Shown: in pieces, positions 36,633-50,055 of the stretch
Position numbering within the stretch: the stretch's first letter is position 1
Layout of the letters: each line of letters opens with the position of its first letter
NCBI GenBank assembly: GCA_964016885.1
Contig: OZ024746.1
Location: 99,262,001 to 99,326,000, forward strand
Direction of reading: 5' to 3'
Length of the DNA stretch: 64,000 nucleotides
Source: Eledone cirrhosa
Lineage: Eukaryota
Translations under genes and position numbers: made by a program
The notes under the pieces: generated by a model
Databases searched by the model: none
The model's input: only the letters and a program-made list of their open reading frames with translations
What the model was told of the DNA's origin: nothing

Positions 36633-37518
36633 GTTCTTCTGGTTTTATAATTTCACAAAGTTTTACCATAGAGAGTCAGTTTCTAACATAGACACAAGAC
36701 TCTCATTGGAATTTACACAACATCAACTAGGTAGATATGTATGAATGCATGCATGTGTAGATATGGATGTTATTGTATGTGTGGATGTGGATGTTTTGAG
36801 TTGTATGTGTGCATGTGTATATGCTTTGTATCTGTATATGTGTATATGCAGTTATTAGATGCAACATTTTTGGAATGTTTTACATATTTTTACTGTTCCA
36901 TTAATGGATTGTACTTGTAATTTCCTAACTTGTTGTGTTCTTTCTGTTCCTGTGAAGCCCAGCTTCTCAAGATTTGTATTGAGGCAGTTACTAACATACC
37001 CCAGTGCCCCAATAATCACAGGCATAAATCTGAAGGTGTAATCAGGGTGGAGTATCTGCAGATTTCTCATCAGTTCTGCATAAATATTCTCCTTTTCACT
37101 AATCTTTGATATATTGGCATCTGCTGGGCAGCTAATTTCCACTACTGTGCATGTTTTCTTCTCCCTGTCCCATATCATAATATCCGGTCTGTTATGCCTG
37201 CATTTTATTGGGGTTTTTACTGGAACATTCTACCAGTACTCTTTCATATTATGTATATGTATGTCTTCCACATTGCTGTAGCTTTTAATGTGTTTATTAT
37301 CGGGGCTATCTTTTCTACGGACTGCATTGTACAGTGTTTTGGCCACTACATCATGCCTCATAGGTAGATAGTACCGCGATGACATCTTTGGACAGCTGCT
37401 GATGACATGGGTGATATCCTCGATGTTAGTTCTGCAGAGTCTGCACTTGTTATCACATCTAGATGTTTTGCCTGCATCCCTATCTCTTTTGTGAATCAGG
37501 TATTTCGTGCTAATCTCT
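36633..37518 (-). mobile_element. RLE-type (R4/Dong/NeSL-like) LINE 3' portion flanked by (TATG)n; second tail fragment at 37570-37915
   Basis: CRLC..E.ITHVISSC, RHDVVAK, RPDIMIWD...VVEISCP, EKENIY. Confidence 0.88.
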
Positions 37519-37682
37519 ATGTATGTATGTATGTATGTATGTATGTATGTATGTATGTATGTATGTATGTTCTTCTGGTTTTATAATTTTATAAATTTTT
37601 GCCAATAGAGAGTCGGTTTCTAACATAGACACGAGACTCTCTCATTGGAATTTACACAACATCAGCTAGGTAGAGTGTGTGT

Positions 37683-37772
<90 letters not shown>

Positions 37773-37913
37773 GCATGGATGTTATTGTATATGTGAATCT
37801 GTATATTTTTAGTTATATGTGTGCATGTGTATATGTTTTCTATCTGTACATGTTACATGGAGTTATTACAGGCAGAATTTTTGGAATGTTTTGATTTACA
37901 TATTTTTACTGTT

Positions 37914-38045
37914 CCGAGGTTAGCTTTGCTTTTCATCCTTATGAGGTCGATAAAATAAAGTACAAGTAATGCACTGGAGTCAATTTAATCGACTTTCCCC
38001 TCCCCTTTATATTGCTGGTCTTGTGCCTATAGTAGAAACAATTAT
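37914..38045 (+). mobile_element. Main-family SINE 3' half
   Basis: consensus match. Confidence 0.75.
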
Positions 38046-38287
38046 TTGCAGTTTGTTGTTGATAGATTTGATATCTGGCTGTATTGATTTAATCCATGAT
38101 GAATTTATGATTGATGAAATTCATTCTTTATGTTAACAAATGGGATGACTGTATGCTCTCTGTGTGTCTGCGTTGTTTTTTTTCTTTGCTATTTGCACGA
38201 GAGAAATGAATGTTACACAAGTGTTATACGTAATTCTTAGTATATTCGTTTTTGTTTGTTTTGTGTGTGTATAGTTATATTTATATG

Positions 38288-38600
38288 ATGGCGGCGAATT
38301 GGCAGTCGTTAGAACGTCGGATAGAATGTTTTATGGTGTTCGTTCTGCCTCTCTACTCTCTGAGGTCAACTTTGCCTTATATCTTCTCAAGGTCGATAAC
38401 AAAAAGTACCAGTCTAGTACTGGGGTCGATTCTTCCTCTATATCTCATTCTCACTTCCTCTCTCTCACATTCTATCCTTTTCTAGAAGAAATCTGCTGTA
38501 CTCAGGAGGAGGGGGATGGTTTCCGGCAGGCTTAAAATGCCAAAGAAATGCCGTTTAACAATTCAGCGTTCCTACGGCTCCATCAGGAGTTGCGGGACCA
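38288..38600 (+). mobile_element. SINE with alternative long tail
   Basis: homologous to 19945-20285. Confidence 0.8.
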
Positions 38601-38635
38601 TATATGAATATATATATGAATATATATATATATAA

Positions 38636-38699
<64 letters not shown>

Positions 38700-39444
38700 T
38701 ATTGAATGTGATGTTTGAATATCTAATTTGCTTTTGTATTTCTAAAAGAATGTTGATAATGGATTTGGTAACCTATCTCTTTTCATTGAAGTTCTAAAGA
38801 CATTTATATAGTTGTGCAGCTTAGCTCTCTATGTCTCTCTCTCTTTCTATCTCTCTATCTCTCCCCCTCTCTCTCTCTCTTTCCCCCCCCCTCTCTCTGA
38901 AGAATACGAAGTGGATGTGTAGAGATGACATTTGTGTATGAGGTCGTGCGATTTGTAAATGTGTGAACGGGTTGTATAGGTATAACTTAGAGAGTGGCCA
39001 TAACCTTATGGAAAGCTGCAGTTTCAAGATTCTAGTGTACTCTACAGAGGTTTGACAATCCGAATTATACGATATTAGCCAGTGTTTTTCTTGTTTCTTT
39101 AGCAGGGATTTCCATAATTTATTCATTTAGTGCGAGAAAATTTTTTTAATGATTTACTATTGGTAATGGTTAAGAAGACGTGTGTAATGAGGTTTGTATC
39201 GAAAGTTGCAAGTAATGTTTCTATCATGGATGTTATGAATGTGGTGGTTTAGTGTAATGGGTGGGGACTATGTAGTGTGCTCTAACGAGGAATGTGTGAG
39301 TTGATGTCAACTAAGAATGATGGGTTTGTGGGATGATGTGGAGCTAGATTTTTATTAGATCTTTAAACTTTAACCAGTTTCTATATCTTGATGTCGTCAA
39401 AGAACTTGTATGAATTAAATGTTTTCAGGATAGTGCTTTACATA

Positions 39445-39586
39445 CAAGTACAATTCCGTTATAACGATTTTTTTTTCAATCTTCGGCCACACGCTCGATG
39501 TGTTTCGGTTGATCACGTTACAAAGGATTTTTAGTTACAACGAATTTTTTATGCCAAGTCAATTTCGTTATAACGGAATTTCACTG
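39445..39586. mobile_element. Tigger/pogo-type MITE
   Basis: aattccgttataacga / tcgttataacggaatt inverted ends, cactg terminus, TA flanks. Confidence 0.7.
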
Positions 39587-39815
39587 TATATGCAAAATAT
39601 TTAATAAGTTTAACGAATCCTTGATAAGGAATATATGTCTGTTTTGTGAAACTTAAAATAAGTTAAATGAAAGTTTGTCCGTCAGAGTTACTGGATAGTC
39701 GTTTCTACTCTGTTTATCAGTGCTAATGCTAATGTATTTGGTACATAAATAGTTACAAATGCTATATGACTAAAATATATATGCAATGATACCTTTAATT
39801 TTTCCTTTCACATCT

Positions 39816-40370
39816 AGGGTGGTGGATTGGTAGTAACGTTAGAGCGTCGGACACCATTGATGGTAGAGGTTCTCAAAGTTGGGGCTACAGTCCCTACAGG
39901 GGGCGTTGAGAAGGACCAGGGGGCGCTGGGTCCTAAGGAGGCGGTAGAGGTGATATAATAGTATATTAAATATCAAATGATACATATCATATATAAATAT
40001 AGTAAAAAAATATATATATAATATTTATATATAGTATATATTATATTATTTATTATATATAAATTAACGATTTTATTTATTATATATTATTTACAATTTG
40101 TATGTAGGTAGGTCTCTGGAAATAGGGTTAGGGGGACTGAGTGTATTACATGGCTGTGATAGGGGTATGGGGCAAAACGTTTGAGAACCTCTGCTTTATG
40201 GCATAGGGTTACGCCCCTTTACGATCTGAGTTCAAATACCGCCGAGGTTAGCTTTACCTTTCATCCTTACGGGGTCGATACAATAAAGTACCAGTCACGC
40301 ACTGAGTCGTTTTAATCGATTTCTCCCTGCCCTTTAAATGTCTGGTCTTGTGCTTAAAGTAGAAACTATT
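39816..40370 (+). mobile_element. Main-family SINE interrupted by a hAT MITE
   Basis: head 39816-39863, continuation 40194-40370. Confidence 0.8.
39864..40193. mobile_element. hAT MITE
   Basis: TIR (t/c)agaggttctcaaa / tttgagaacctctg; TSD attgatgg/ctttatgg. Confidence 0.85.
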
Positions 40371-40678
40371 ATTTGTAGTTTGTTGTTGAGAGATATCAGG
40401 CTGTATTGACTTAATCCATGGTGAATTTAAGATTGATGAGTATCAGTAATGCACTGGGGTCGATTTAATCGACATTACCTTCCCAAAAATTGTTTGCCTT
40501 GTGCCTCAATCAGAAACCAATATTTCTTTCACACTCCATCATATGGGCGGGAGAAATGTCTGTTGGTAAAGATAGCAATTAGGATTAGAAATAAGTTGAA
40601 GGTTTTGAATTTTTGTTAGGGCAGTTTGTCCCAATAATCTGTAATCATTAACTGAATCTCCAATATTTGTATTAGTTT

Positions 40679-40921
40679 TCTAGAGACAACATCTTATACA
40701 TCGGAGTATAAGATGTATACGGAATTTATAAGATGTTGTCTAGCGGCAATATCTTATACATTGGAGTATAAGATGTATACGGAAAGTATAAGATGTCTAG
40801 AGACAACATCTTATACATTGCAATATAAGATGTATACGGAAAGTATAGGATGTCTAGAGACAACATCTTATACATTGCAGTATAAGATGTATACGGAAAG
40901 TATAGGATATCTAGAGACATC
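40679..40921. repeat. 57-60-bp tandem repeat, ~4 copies, with internally palindromic units
   Basis: acatcttatac-N6-gtataagatgt in each unit. Confidence 0.9.
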
Positions 40922-41186
40922 CTATATATTCCGTTTTCATGTCAGTTATTTCTACTTGACAACTAATTTCTGTATCTACAGAGTCTTTATTATATCTCTT
41001 ACTACATGACTGGTTTTGGGGCGCAGTACTTCTGTCCCCCCAGGCCCTAGGCCCAATCACCCTTCACCCTTCCCCTTCACCCCTCCCCTTCCCGTTCTTT
41101 TTTCTTTCTTTTTCTCTTTTTCTCTATATTTTCCTATTCTTTTTTCTTTTGTTACTTTTTCTTTTTTAATTATTGTTCTTATTATT

Positions 41187-41352
41187 AGAGGGTCGGACGC
41201 CATGTTTTGCAGCATAGAGTTACGTCCCTTTATGATCTGAGTTCAAATCCCGCCGAGGTCAACTTTGCCTTTCATCCTTACGAGGTCGATAAAATAAAGT
41301 ACCAGTAATGCACTAGGTTATTGCTGGCCTTGTGCCAAAAGTAGAAACAATT
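41187..41352 (+). mobile_element. Main-family SINE (another copy at 41731-41885)
   Basis: consensus match. Confidence 0.85.
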
Positions 41353-41907
41353 ATTATTATTATCATTGCTATAAATAAAAGTTCTCGTTTTAGGGGTTTG
41401 TTTTAAAATCTTTTCGTTATTGTTGTGGTGAACACCCCTTTGGGATTAAATAAATGGACTCGGCGGACTGTTATAAATAAGCAAAATGTCTCGTTGTCAG
41501 GAGTTCGGTTGGAGTCTCGTTTGAAAGTCTCAGGTTTTGTAGTTGGAGGAAGTTAGGCCTGAGATAAAATTGTTAGTAACTCCGCATAATAGAAAATATA
41601 ACAAGTCTAACGGGCTGTAAAGGTTATCCTAGATGGTATTATGATAAAATAATCATGAATTTGTGTTGGATTTGAAAGTTTATTGGGATGAAGTTTATAC
41701 TTTATTATACTTTTCACTCTAAGGGTGGTACCCCATGCTTTCCAGCATAGTTACGTTCCTTTACAGTCTGAGTTCAAATCTCGCCGAGGTTAACTTTGCC
41801 TTTCATCCATACGGGGTCGATAAAATAAAGTACCAGTCGTGTACTGGCGTAATTTTTCGCTTTGTGCCAAAAGTAGAAACAATTATTTAAATACTAATTG
41901 ATAAAGA

Positions 41908-41978
41908 TTTCATCTGATGAGGGATATCAGACGTTTCTGTTAGAATCGTCTAACTTCGCGAAACCTTGGATAATGGAA
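41908..41978 (+). ncRNA. Degenerate hammerhead in a short PLE-like tail
   Basis: tttcat-CTGATGA-g...agacg..cgtct...c-GAAA-ccttgg-a-TA-atggaa. Confidence 0.55.
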
Positions 41979-42004
41979 TAATTATATTGTTTATTACATA
42001 TTTA

Positions 42005-42071
<67 letters not shown>

Positions 42072-42399
42072 CATATTTATAAGTATATATATATAAAATT
42101 GCAATTAGGAAGAACCATTAGATAAAGTATATACAGTATTTCTTCTCCTAGTCCGTATAAATCAACCACATAAAAAATCCTTTAAACGGGGCTATAAGTT
42201 TAAAATATAACTATAAAGAAATAATTGATAAATGGTACAGACATCTTCCGCGATGTGCAGCCATATGTCATTAATCTAGTTATTTCCTTGAGCTGTAGAA
42301 ATTGACTAGACGAATAGTTAACTACACGGAGTTAGGTACAAAATAGGAGGTTGAAGAAAAAATGTACATCTTTACATATATATATATATATATAAACAC

Positions 42400-42474
<75 letters not shown>

Positions 42475-42494
42475 TACATACATACATACATACA

Positions 42495-42529
<35 letters not shown>

Positions 42530-42748
42530 GCTATACACCTCTAGTACAAACTATTCGATGTGGAAATGATGTCCAACATATTTAGGTAAAACTTATTATG
42601 CTAAATTGTATTTGTTTAACTTTAGTACCCAGACAATGCACCACCTTTAACAAATATCTTTCTGCCATGCGTATCAAATTTTAAATATTTCAAAACAATA
42701 TTACTGCAAACTCCCCACCATGGCATTTTCACTTCCTTCTCTCTTTCT

Positions 42749-42825
<77 letters not shown>

Positions 42826-43144
42826 TGTGTTTGTGTGTATATGTGCGTTTGTGTGTATGTATGTATATATATATATATGTATGCATGTATGTATATATAT
42901 GTATGTATGTATGCATATTATATATATAAATATAGTGAAAAATTGGACGGCAACGAAAACAGAGAGGCAGACAAATAAAGGTTTTATTAGGTTCACGCTC
43001 TTGAGAGTGAGGGGGGGGGGGGGGGGTTGAACGACGTTTCGGGCATATGCCCTTAATGTGTATGTATGTATGTATGTATGTATGTATGTATGTATGTATG
43101 TATGTATGTATGTATGTATGTATGTATGTATGTATGTATGTATA

Positions 43145-43950
43145 TCGCTATGTTTTTCAGTTTTAATATGTCTACTTAAGATATATAAAGTCCAACATTT
43201 GCAAGTCAAAAGAGATTTGCTCAACAAAGCATTAACTTCTATTATTTTCACTCTAATGGTTTGTTTTTCTGGATGTTTGTATAAAGCCAGTATTCTCTGG
43301 TGTATATTATCAATGTTTGAGTTGATATCATTAATAAAGTTAATTTTTCGGTGAGTTTTCATTTGTGTGGAGTGGAAATCTAAATAACTTACACAGATGG
43401 GGAACAGGTATAAATTCCTCTCATATACATCTCTTATTCAAATACTATTCTCAGTTGAATTTTGTGAAATCCAGGGAAAAATCAATAGAGCCTTAACTCT
43501 GAATAAAATAAAGTTTAAATACTCATCCTTCAATTTGGAAAAACTTAAAATGCTCTATATAGTCTTAAAAAGACTATTTCACGAAACCTTCAGTGGGGAT
43601 GGTCACGGTTGGAATCGTTCATCAGTAGAGCTCAACATGATAACCCTAAACCACTGCCAGAATATGCCAAAAGGGGAATTTAAAAGCAGGCTAGTTCAAC
43701 TCATGCCAAATAATGAAATAAACGCACATGGAGATACATGGCTGGTGACGTCAGAATGAGACGAATGTCTGTTTACAGGAAAGAGCAGTCAAAAAACATT
43801 CCGAAAAAAAAACTCTACAAATGTAAGGAGTTCAGCAAAATAGCAATATTATCGCGGTTTTTTTTTTAAAAGATCGGGATTAGTCACAAATAATTTTAAG
43901 CACTCTAGGACAAAAATTCCGAGTATAAATATAAATGAAAGTATAGAAAT
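43145..43950 (-). mobile_element. PLE 3' end (endonuclease C-terminus remnant + tail) between microsatellites
   Basis: VLECLKLFVTNPDL resembles the GIY-YIG end 'LES..I...P.LN'; hammerhead at 43552. Confidence 0.6.
43552..43631 (-). ncRNA. Type I hammerhead ribozyme, intact core, long stem III
   Basis: gctcta-CTGATGA-acga-(30 nt)-tcgt-GAAA-tagtctt-ttt-aagacta-TA-tagagc. Confidence 0.9.
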
Positions 43951-43979
43951 TATGTATATATATATATATATATATAAAA

Positions 43980-44550
43980 TCAGGTTCAATAAAACGTGGT
44001 TTTGATGACTCCTAACCAGTAGAGGATCCGGTGGACCATCCACCATAGGGACCACAAACTATGGGTGGTTGTTGTCCATTGGTCATTGGTATGGGGTGTA
44101 GGGAACCTACATGGGGGGGGGCGTTGTGGGAGGCCTTAACCAGGGTTTATCCATATAGCTTGAGGAAAGTTCCCGTCCTTAGGTGTCTGCAGGCACAAAT
44201 AAGTCGGTCTTCTGTTTAATAGCTTGGTTCCACCATGAAGTATCTCGAGTGTCTCACTAAGACAGAGGTTGCAAATACCAGACCCGCCTCTGTCTGGGGG
44301 AACCTTTCTAACCACGGACCAGACCAGAGAGTACGGGGTCTTTTCAAGTTTGAGCTTCCAGATCAATTCAGAAAGGGCCGTACATTTCCTCTTATCTATT
44401 CTGTTAAAGGAATGGCGATGGTTATACCACCGATCTTTGAAGCTCGTCGGTGTGGATCCTATGTAGTGGTGCTCCGAGTTAGAGGTTGTGACCTTCCACC
44501 TGTAGACTACGTTTTTCGTCATGCATTCATTACTAAGGGGGCATAGGGGA
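43980..44550 (-). pseudogene. PLE GIY-YIG endonuclease fragment (Hydra-type)
   Basis: CPLSNECMTKNVVY..YIGST..FKDRWYNH..CNLCLSE..LLNRR. Confidence 0.85.
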
Positions 44551-44600
<50 letters not shown>

Positions 44601-45802
44601 ATGCAAGAAGAGTATAGATACATTTATTCGACAAGTGTTTCTACCATTTATTCATATGCATTGAACATATAATATGCCTATACATGTACACAGTCAAATG
44701 TTTAGAATACATGTAGGCATCCATGCATACATACTTACATACTTACGTACATGTATATCATACATACATACGTACGTATATAGATACGTACATGAATCCA
44801 TACATACATACATGCATACATACATATATACATACATATGGATGACTCCGAATTAACTGGAGACTGTGAGATATAGAAGAAAGTGTCATGTCAGAACCAA
44901 AATATAATACTCGGGGCAGCTGTTTAACTGCCAGAAATAGGAAAAAAAATCTGCTGAATTGCCTTGACAAGGCCTGTTTGCCCCATTTTCTTATCTAAAT
45001 AATATGATCTAGTAAAGAAGCCAGTAAATTGACTTAGACATCATCACAAAACAGGCAAATCTCGTTTGTAAAAGTTACCCCACTGCAAAGCCTGGATTAC
45101 ACCAACTTTCTTTCTCTTCTTATATATTAATGGAAACCTAACACCGTTGTTTACTCGGCTGGCTAGTTCATTTTCTGGGTTTTTTTTATTCGTTTTGCTG
45201 TTTTATTTTTAACGGTTATTTATTTATTTGTTCTTCACCACCCTCGTTTGCTCAAGCCTCCCTTCCTTTTCTCTTTGCACTTTCACGTTGGTTTTTAAAA
45301 ATAATCTAAGAAATCTTTTGTTAATAAGAGCAAGCGAATCAGTTCTTTTCTATATTTAAAAGTATGTCTTTCCTCTGTAAGCGATTGAATTTCTTTCATG
45401 CTGTCAATTTTTGAAAGTTAAATCTACACATTTATTAGAATATGTATGGGAAAAAGGGAGAAATATGATGAATTATCTCTGATTTATGCATGAGGGCTGT
45501 TTTTGTAGATAATGTCAATTGATTTATTATTTATTACATAGTAGAACATAGTTGAACTTATGAGTGTATTTAGTCTCTTCTGTCAAATGTGCCTGTAGGT
45601 TGCTGGTGTTTTTTAGCCTGGTGTTTTCTAGTCTGGAATTAGCCATGATGAAGAAGAATTACAATCAAAGACATTCCAGTGAGCTTTTGTTTCAGACTAT
45701 GTATCTGGTACCTCGTTATCCAGCTTGTATTTCCTAATTTTAAGAATGTAAGGTCTGGTATAAAGATTGCCATATAGATGCTTCCTACCTCAATGTTTGT
45801 GA

Positions 45803-46090
45803 AGGAGCGTGGCTTTGTGGTTAGGGTATTCGGCTCACGATTGTAAGGTCATGAGTTCAATTCCCGGCGTCATGCTGTGTCCTTGAACAAAACATTTTAT
45901 TTCGACGTTACTCCAGTTCACTCAGCTGGCACAAATGAGTTGTACCAGTAATTCGAAGGGCCAGCCTTGTCACATTTTGTATCACGCTGAATCTCCCTGC
46001 GAATTAAGTTAAGGATACGAGTGTTTGTGGAATGCACAACCACTTGCACGCTAATTTCACGAACACTCGTCGTACTCGACGGAGTGCCTA
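45803..46090 (+). mobile_element. Second tRNA-derived SINE family
   Basis: homologous to 10825-11130; ggttagggtattcgg / gagttcaattcc boxes. Confidence 0.82.
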
Positions 46091-46124
46091 TAAAAATACC
46101 AGTTATACTTCGTTAAACTTTTAC

Positions 46125-46495
46125 GATTATAAAAACGAAGGGGAAACAAAAGGAAAGAAAGAATAGGGAAATATAGAAAAAAAAAAGAGAGAAAGAAAGA
46201 AGAAAAAGAACGGGAAGGAGAGGGGATGACAAGAGCTCTGGTGACTCAGAAGAAATGGGAGGTGGGAGGGGGATTGGGCTTTGGGCCTAGGGCAAGAGAG
46301 CAGAAATGCTGCGACCCGCTGACAAGACGGCAAAAGCATTCCCGCGGACGATGGCCAGTGACACCCTCTGCAACAGCCACTCAAACACGTGGGGCTCCCT
46401 CCTCAGAGGAGCTCAGCCGTACGGGGTCCAAGTACGCCTGAGTTATCGACGGCGAACGGTACGAAGAGGAAGCGGCCGGGCAAACCCCGGCCTTT
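46125..46495 (-). mobile_element. CRE-type RLE LINE 3' end (second family); 3' UTR copy at ~41012-41185 (+)
   Basis: FLFVPFAVDNSGVLGPRT / EWLLQRVSLAIVRGNAFAVLS. Confidence 0.8.
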
Positions 46496-46640
46496 GTTTA
46501 TTTTATTGAAAATAAAAATGTATGTTTTTAAAAATATACGATTTATCTTCAATAAATCAATTATACTATTTTTCTACAAATTTTCGGTAGAAATGTAAAT
46601 TATTTCCAAATATACAGGTTAGTATTATTATATAAATCAA

Positions 46641-46835
46641 AGGCGGTGAATTGGCAGTCTCGGTAGAGAATCAGACACCATGTTTAGCAGCATAGAGTTA
46701 TGGCCCTTTAAGTTCTGAGTTCAAATCCTGCCGAGGTTAACTTTGCCTTTCATCCTTACGGGGGTCGATAAAATAAAGTACCTGTAATGCACTAGGGTAA
46801 TTGCTGACCTTGTGCCCAAAGTAGAAACAATTATT
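46641..46835 (+). mobile_element. Main-family SINE
   Basis: consensus match. Confidence 0.85.
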
Positions 46836-46894
46836 AGGTAAAGAGCTTGGATAAGAGAATGAGTAGAGCGTCAGACAAAACGTTTTGTTTTTAA

Positions 46895-47460
46895 CTGTAT
46901 TGTCTGGCCACTATGAGTTACTCTAGAACTGATCTGCAAGACTTTCTGAATGTACTGGCCAAACATTCACTAGAGCCTGGCTTACACATCAACATCTCCA
47001 AAACAAAGCGTATGACAACTGATTAAAAAAATGCCAATCTCCAACTCACAAACTACGACCAGCAAATTGCTCAAGTTACGGAGTTTGTATCACAAACTAT
47101 CATCAAACAACAATGGAATGGTTGCTGTGCAATATCGAACGCTCTAGGTTGGGCAGCTTTCAACAAGAACAAGGAAGTACTAACATCAAAACGAGTTTCC
47201 TATCATTTGAAGGCTAAGATCTTTGATACTTACATCCTACCAGTTGTGTTATATGGTCTTGACTGTGTTAACTGGACGACAAGGTCACTTCAGAAGCTCT
47301 CTACATTCCAGAACCACATCATGAGACTTATGACTGGCAAGCGGCTCAGCGACCATATCTGTATCAGTGAGCTGGTCAACATTACCAGACTTAGACCAAT
47401 TACATTAATTGTCAGGTCAAGAGTAGGCAAACTATACGGCCATATAAAAAGATCAACTCG
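46895..47460 (+). mobile_element. RTE-like LINE RT C-terminal fragment
   Basis: GLHINISKTK.M, LKAKIFDTYILPVVLYG, YGHIKR. Confidence 0.75.
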
Positions 47461-47663
47461 TATATATAAATTAGAATGGATGCAGTAAAAACTTGCGTAC
47501 TCGATACTTGGGTTAGTAGAGTGGCAGTAATATGAAGGAGTCGGGATCCCGACTCAGCTGTTGAAACGGCAGGAGCTAAGCCGACTGGGTCCCGACCCCT
47601 TTATATATATATAATATATATATATATGTGTGTGTGTATACTCATTCCCAACAAATGAAGGAT

Positions 47664-47801
<138 letters not shown>

Positions 47802-48127
47802 ATATCTATATATGATGTCCAACATTAGAGTTCATGAACTCGCCATTCTTTTCTTTTCTGTTAAGAGCCTATCTCTTGTTGAAATCCTTTTCGTCCTGTT
47901 CAACCAACTGTGTCGTTTGTAAAATAACAGTCTGTAGCTTCTGTAATGTAATTGATGACAACAGCTGCTGCTGTAAGGTTATTTACTGTCCAATAGTTGA
48001 TGTTCACGCTTCTCCCCCGGAATTATATTGAAATCTCCTGACAAAACCTCTTATCAAAATGTTACATCTCTAGTATACAAGATAAAATATACTATCAGTA
48101 ATAGAATAAAATACGTCACACACTAGA

Positions 48128-49015
48128 GAGGACTGAGGAAGGAAGGGGTGAGGACGTCGACTGAGGAAGGAAGGGGTGATAACGTCGACTGGGGAAGGAA
48201 GGGGTGATAACGTCGACTGAGGAGGGAAGGAGTGATGACATCGACTGAGGAAGGAAAGGGTGATGACGTCGACTGGGGAAGGAAGGGGTGATAACGTCGA
48301 CTGAGGAAGGAAGGGGTGATGACGTCGACTGGGGAAGGAAGGAGTGATGACGTCGACTGGGGAAGGAAGAGGTGATGACGTCGACTGAGGAAGGAAAGGG
48401 TGATAACGTCGACTGAGGAAGGAAGGGGTGATGACGTCGACTGGGGAAGGAAGGGGTGATAACGTCGACTGAGGAAGGAAGGGGTGATGACGTCGACTGG
48501 GGAAGGAAGGAGTGATGACGTCGACTGAGGAAGGAAGGGGTGATGACGTCGACTGAGGAAGGAAGGGGTGATGACGTCGACTGGGGAAGGAAGGAGTGAT
48601 GACGTCGACTGGGGAAGGAACAGGTGATGACGTCGACTGAGGAGGGAAGGAGTGATGACGTCGACTGAGGAAGGAAGGGGTGATGACGTCGACTGAGGAG
48701 GGAAGGGGTGATGACGTCGACTGAGGAAGGAAGAGGTGATGACGTCGACTGAGGAAGGAAAGGGTGATGACGTCGACTGGGGAAGGAAGAGGTGATGACG
48801 TCGACTGGGGAAGGAAGAGGTGATAACGTCGACTGAGGAAGGAAGAGGTGATGACGTCGACTGAGGAAGGAAGGAGTGAGGACGTCGGCTGGGGAAGGAA
48901 GAGGTGATGACGTCGACTGAGGAGGGAAGGGGTGATGACGTCGACTGAGGAAGGAAGGAGTGAGGACGTCGGCTGGGGAAGGAAGAGGTGATGACGTCGA
49001 CTGAGGAGGGAAGGG
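48128..49015. repeat. 28-bp purine-rich minisatellite, ~31 copies
   Basis: unit gtgatgacgtcgactgaggaaggaaggg. Confidence 0.95.
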
Positions 49016-49260
49016 CTAGCCGCAGTTGTGAGCCTCACGAGCTGAAATGGCTCTTCAAGCGAATCTCCCTCATCATCCTCCGGTGAAACGCCTTCTTTAT
49101 TCTGTCCACCGGGGCTGCAGGGCGGCCAGAGCGTGGGACCCCATTTGCTCATAAAAGTGAGACATGGGGAGGGGAGAAGAGAAGGAGTCAATAGCAGTGG
49201 TTCCGCTGTATTCGGACCTGGTGTACATGTGTGTATAATTTTACACTTATTTAATAAAAA
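49015..49260 (+). mobile_element. CRE-type LINE 3' end abutting the 28-bp array
   Basis: CEPHELKWLFKRISLIILR*NAFFILSTG, homologous to 17905-18090. Confidence 0.78.
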
Positions 49261-49593
49261 GTTATTTTCTGCTTTATATCAAATGGGTTTTAAGAGGCCC
49301 CTCACAATCATGAAATTGTCGGAAATAAAAAGTTTCGTAGATCCCTGGATTTTTGAGTCCATTAACGTGTTTTGATTCCTACTTAAAGCTAATTCCCACC
49401 ATTATGCTAATAACTATCAGTGGGGAGCTTGGTCATCGCAAACACATACACACATACATTCACACGCAAACACACACAATAGGTCATTAGATCAACAAAG
49501 AACTCATTTGTTGTTAGTGCCTGGAGTAACAAACCATTTCCAAATGGTAGTAACAAGTCGCCGTAAGTCAGTTCCACTCATGACCTAATGCTA

Positions 49594-49637
<44 letters not shown>

Positions 49638-49694
49638 AGTATTACCCGTCCTAGTAGTATAAGTAGTATAAGTATATTACTATAAGTAGTATTA

Positions 49695-50055
49695 TATCTA
49701 GGGCGGGTAAAATTCCCGAGATCCATGGACGAGTTCTCTCCAGCGGTCTCTGTCCTTCATTATCGCTGCCATGTCCTGCGTCTCCAAGAGACCAGTGTCT
49801 GTCCTTAGGGCATCAACATACGCTAACCTTGGTCTTCCTCTTCCAGTGTGTCCATGCAGGGGCTCCCACAGGATCACTGAGTGCAAAGTCAACTCTGGAT
49901 GTCGGTGAGCATGTCCAGCTATCCTCAGTTACCTCTGTGTCACTTTTGAGCTGACTTTTGGGAGGCTCCCATACAGCTCTGAGTTTTTCATCCTCAGTGT
50001 ATACTGATTAATGTTCAGAGCCATCCTCAGCATTCTCGTGTAGCACCCATCCACC
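49695..50055 (-). mobile_element. RTE LINE 3' end
   Basis: DGCYTRMLRMALNI..., LWEPLHGH..RGRPR..YVD.L..DTG. Confidence 0.85.

Noticed and set aside
38890-39420. Possible decayed PLE coding fragment on the minus strand
   Set aside because: No unambiguous motif recovered in any frame
47830-48050. GDFN motif on the minus strand as an APE endonuclease remnant
   Set aside because: Only one short motif, with stops nearby; too weak to annotate
48070-49191. 373-aa S/P-rich ORF
   Set aside because: Stop-free reading of the 28-bp minisatellite plus antisense LINE sequence
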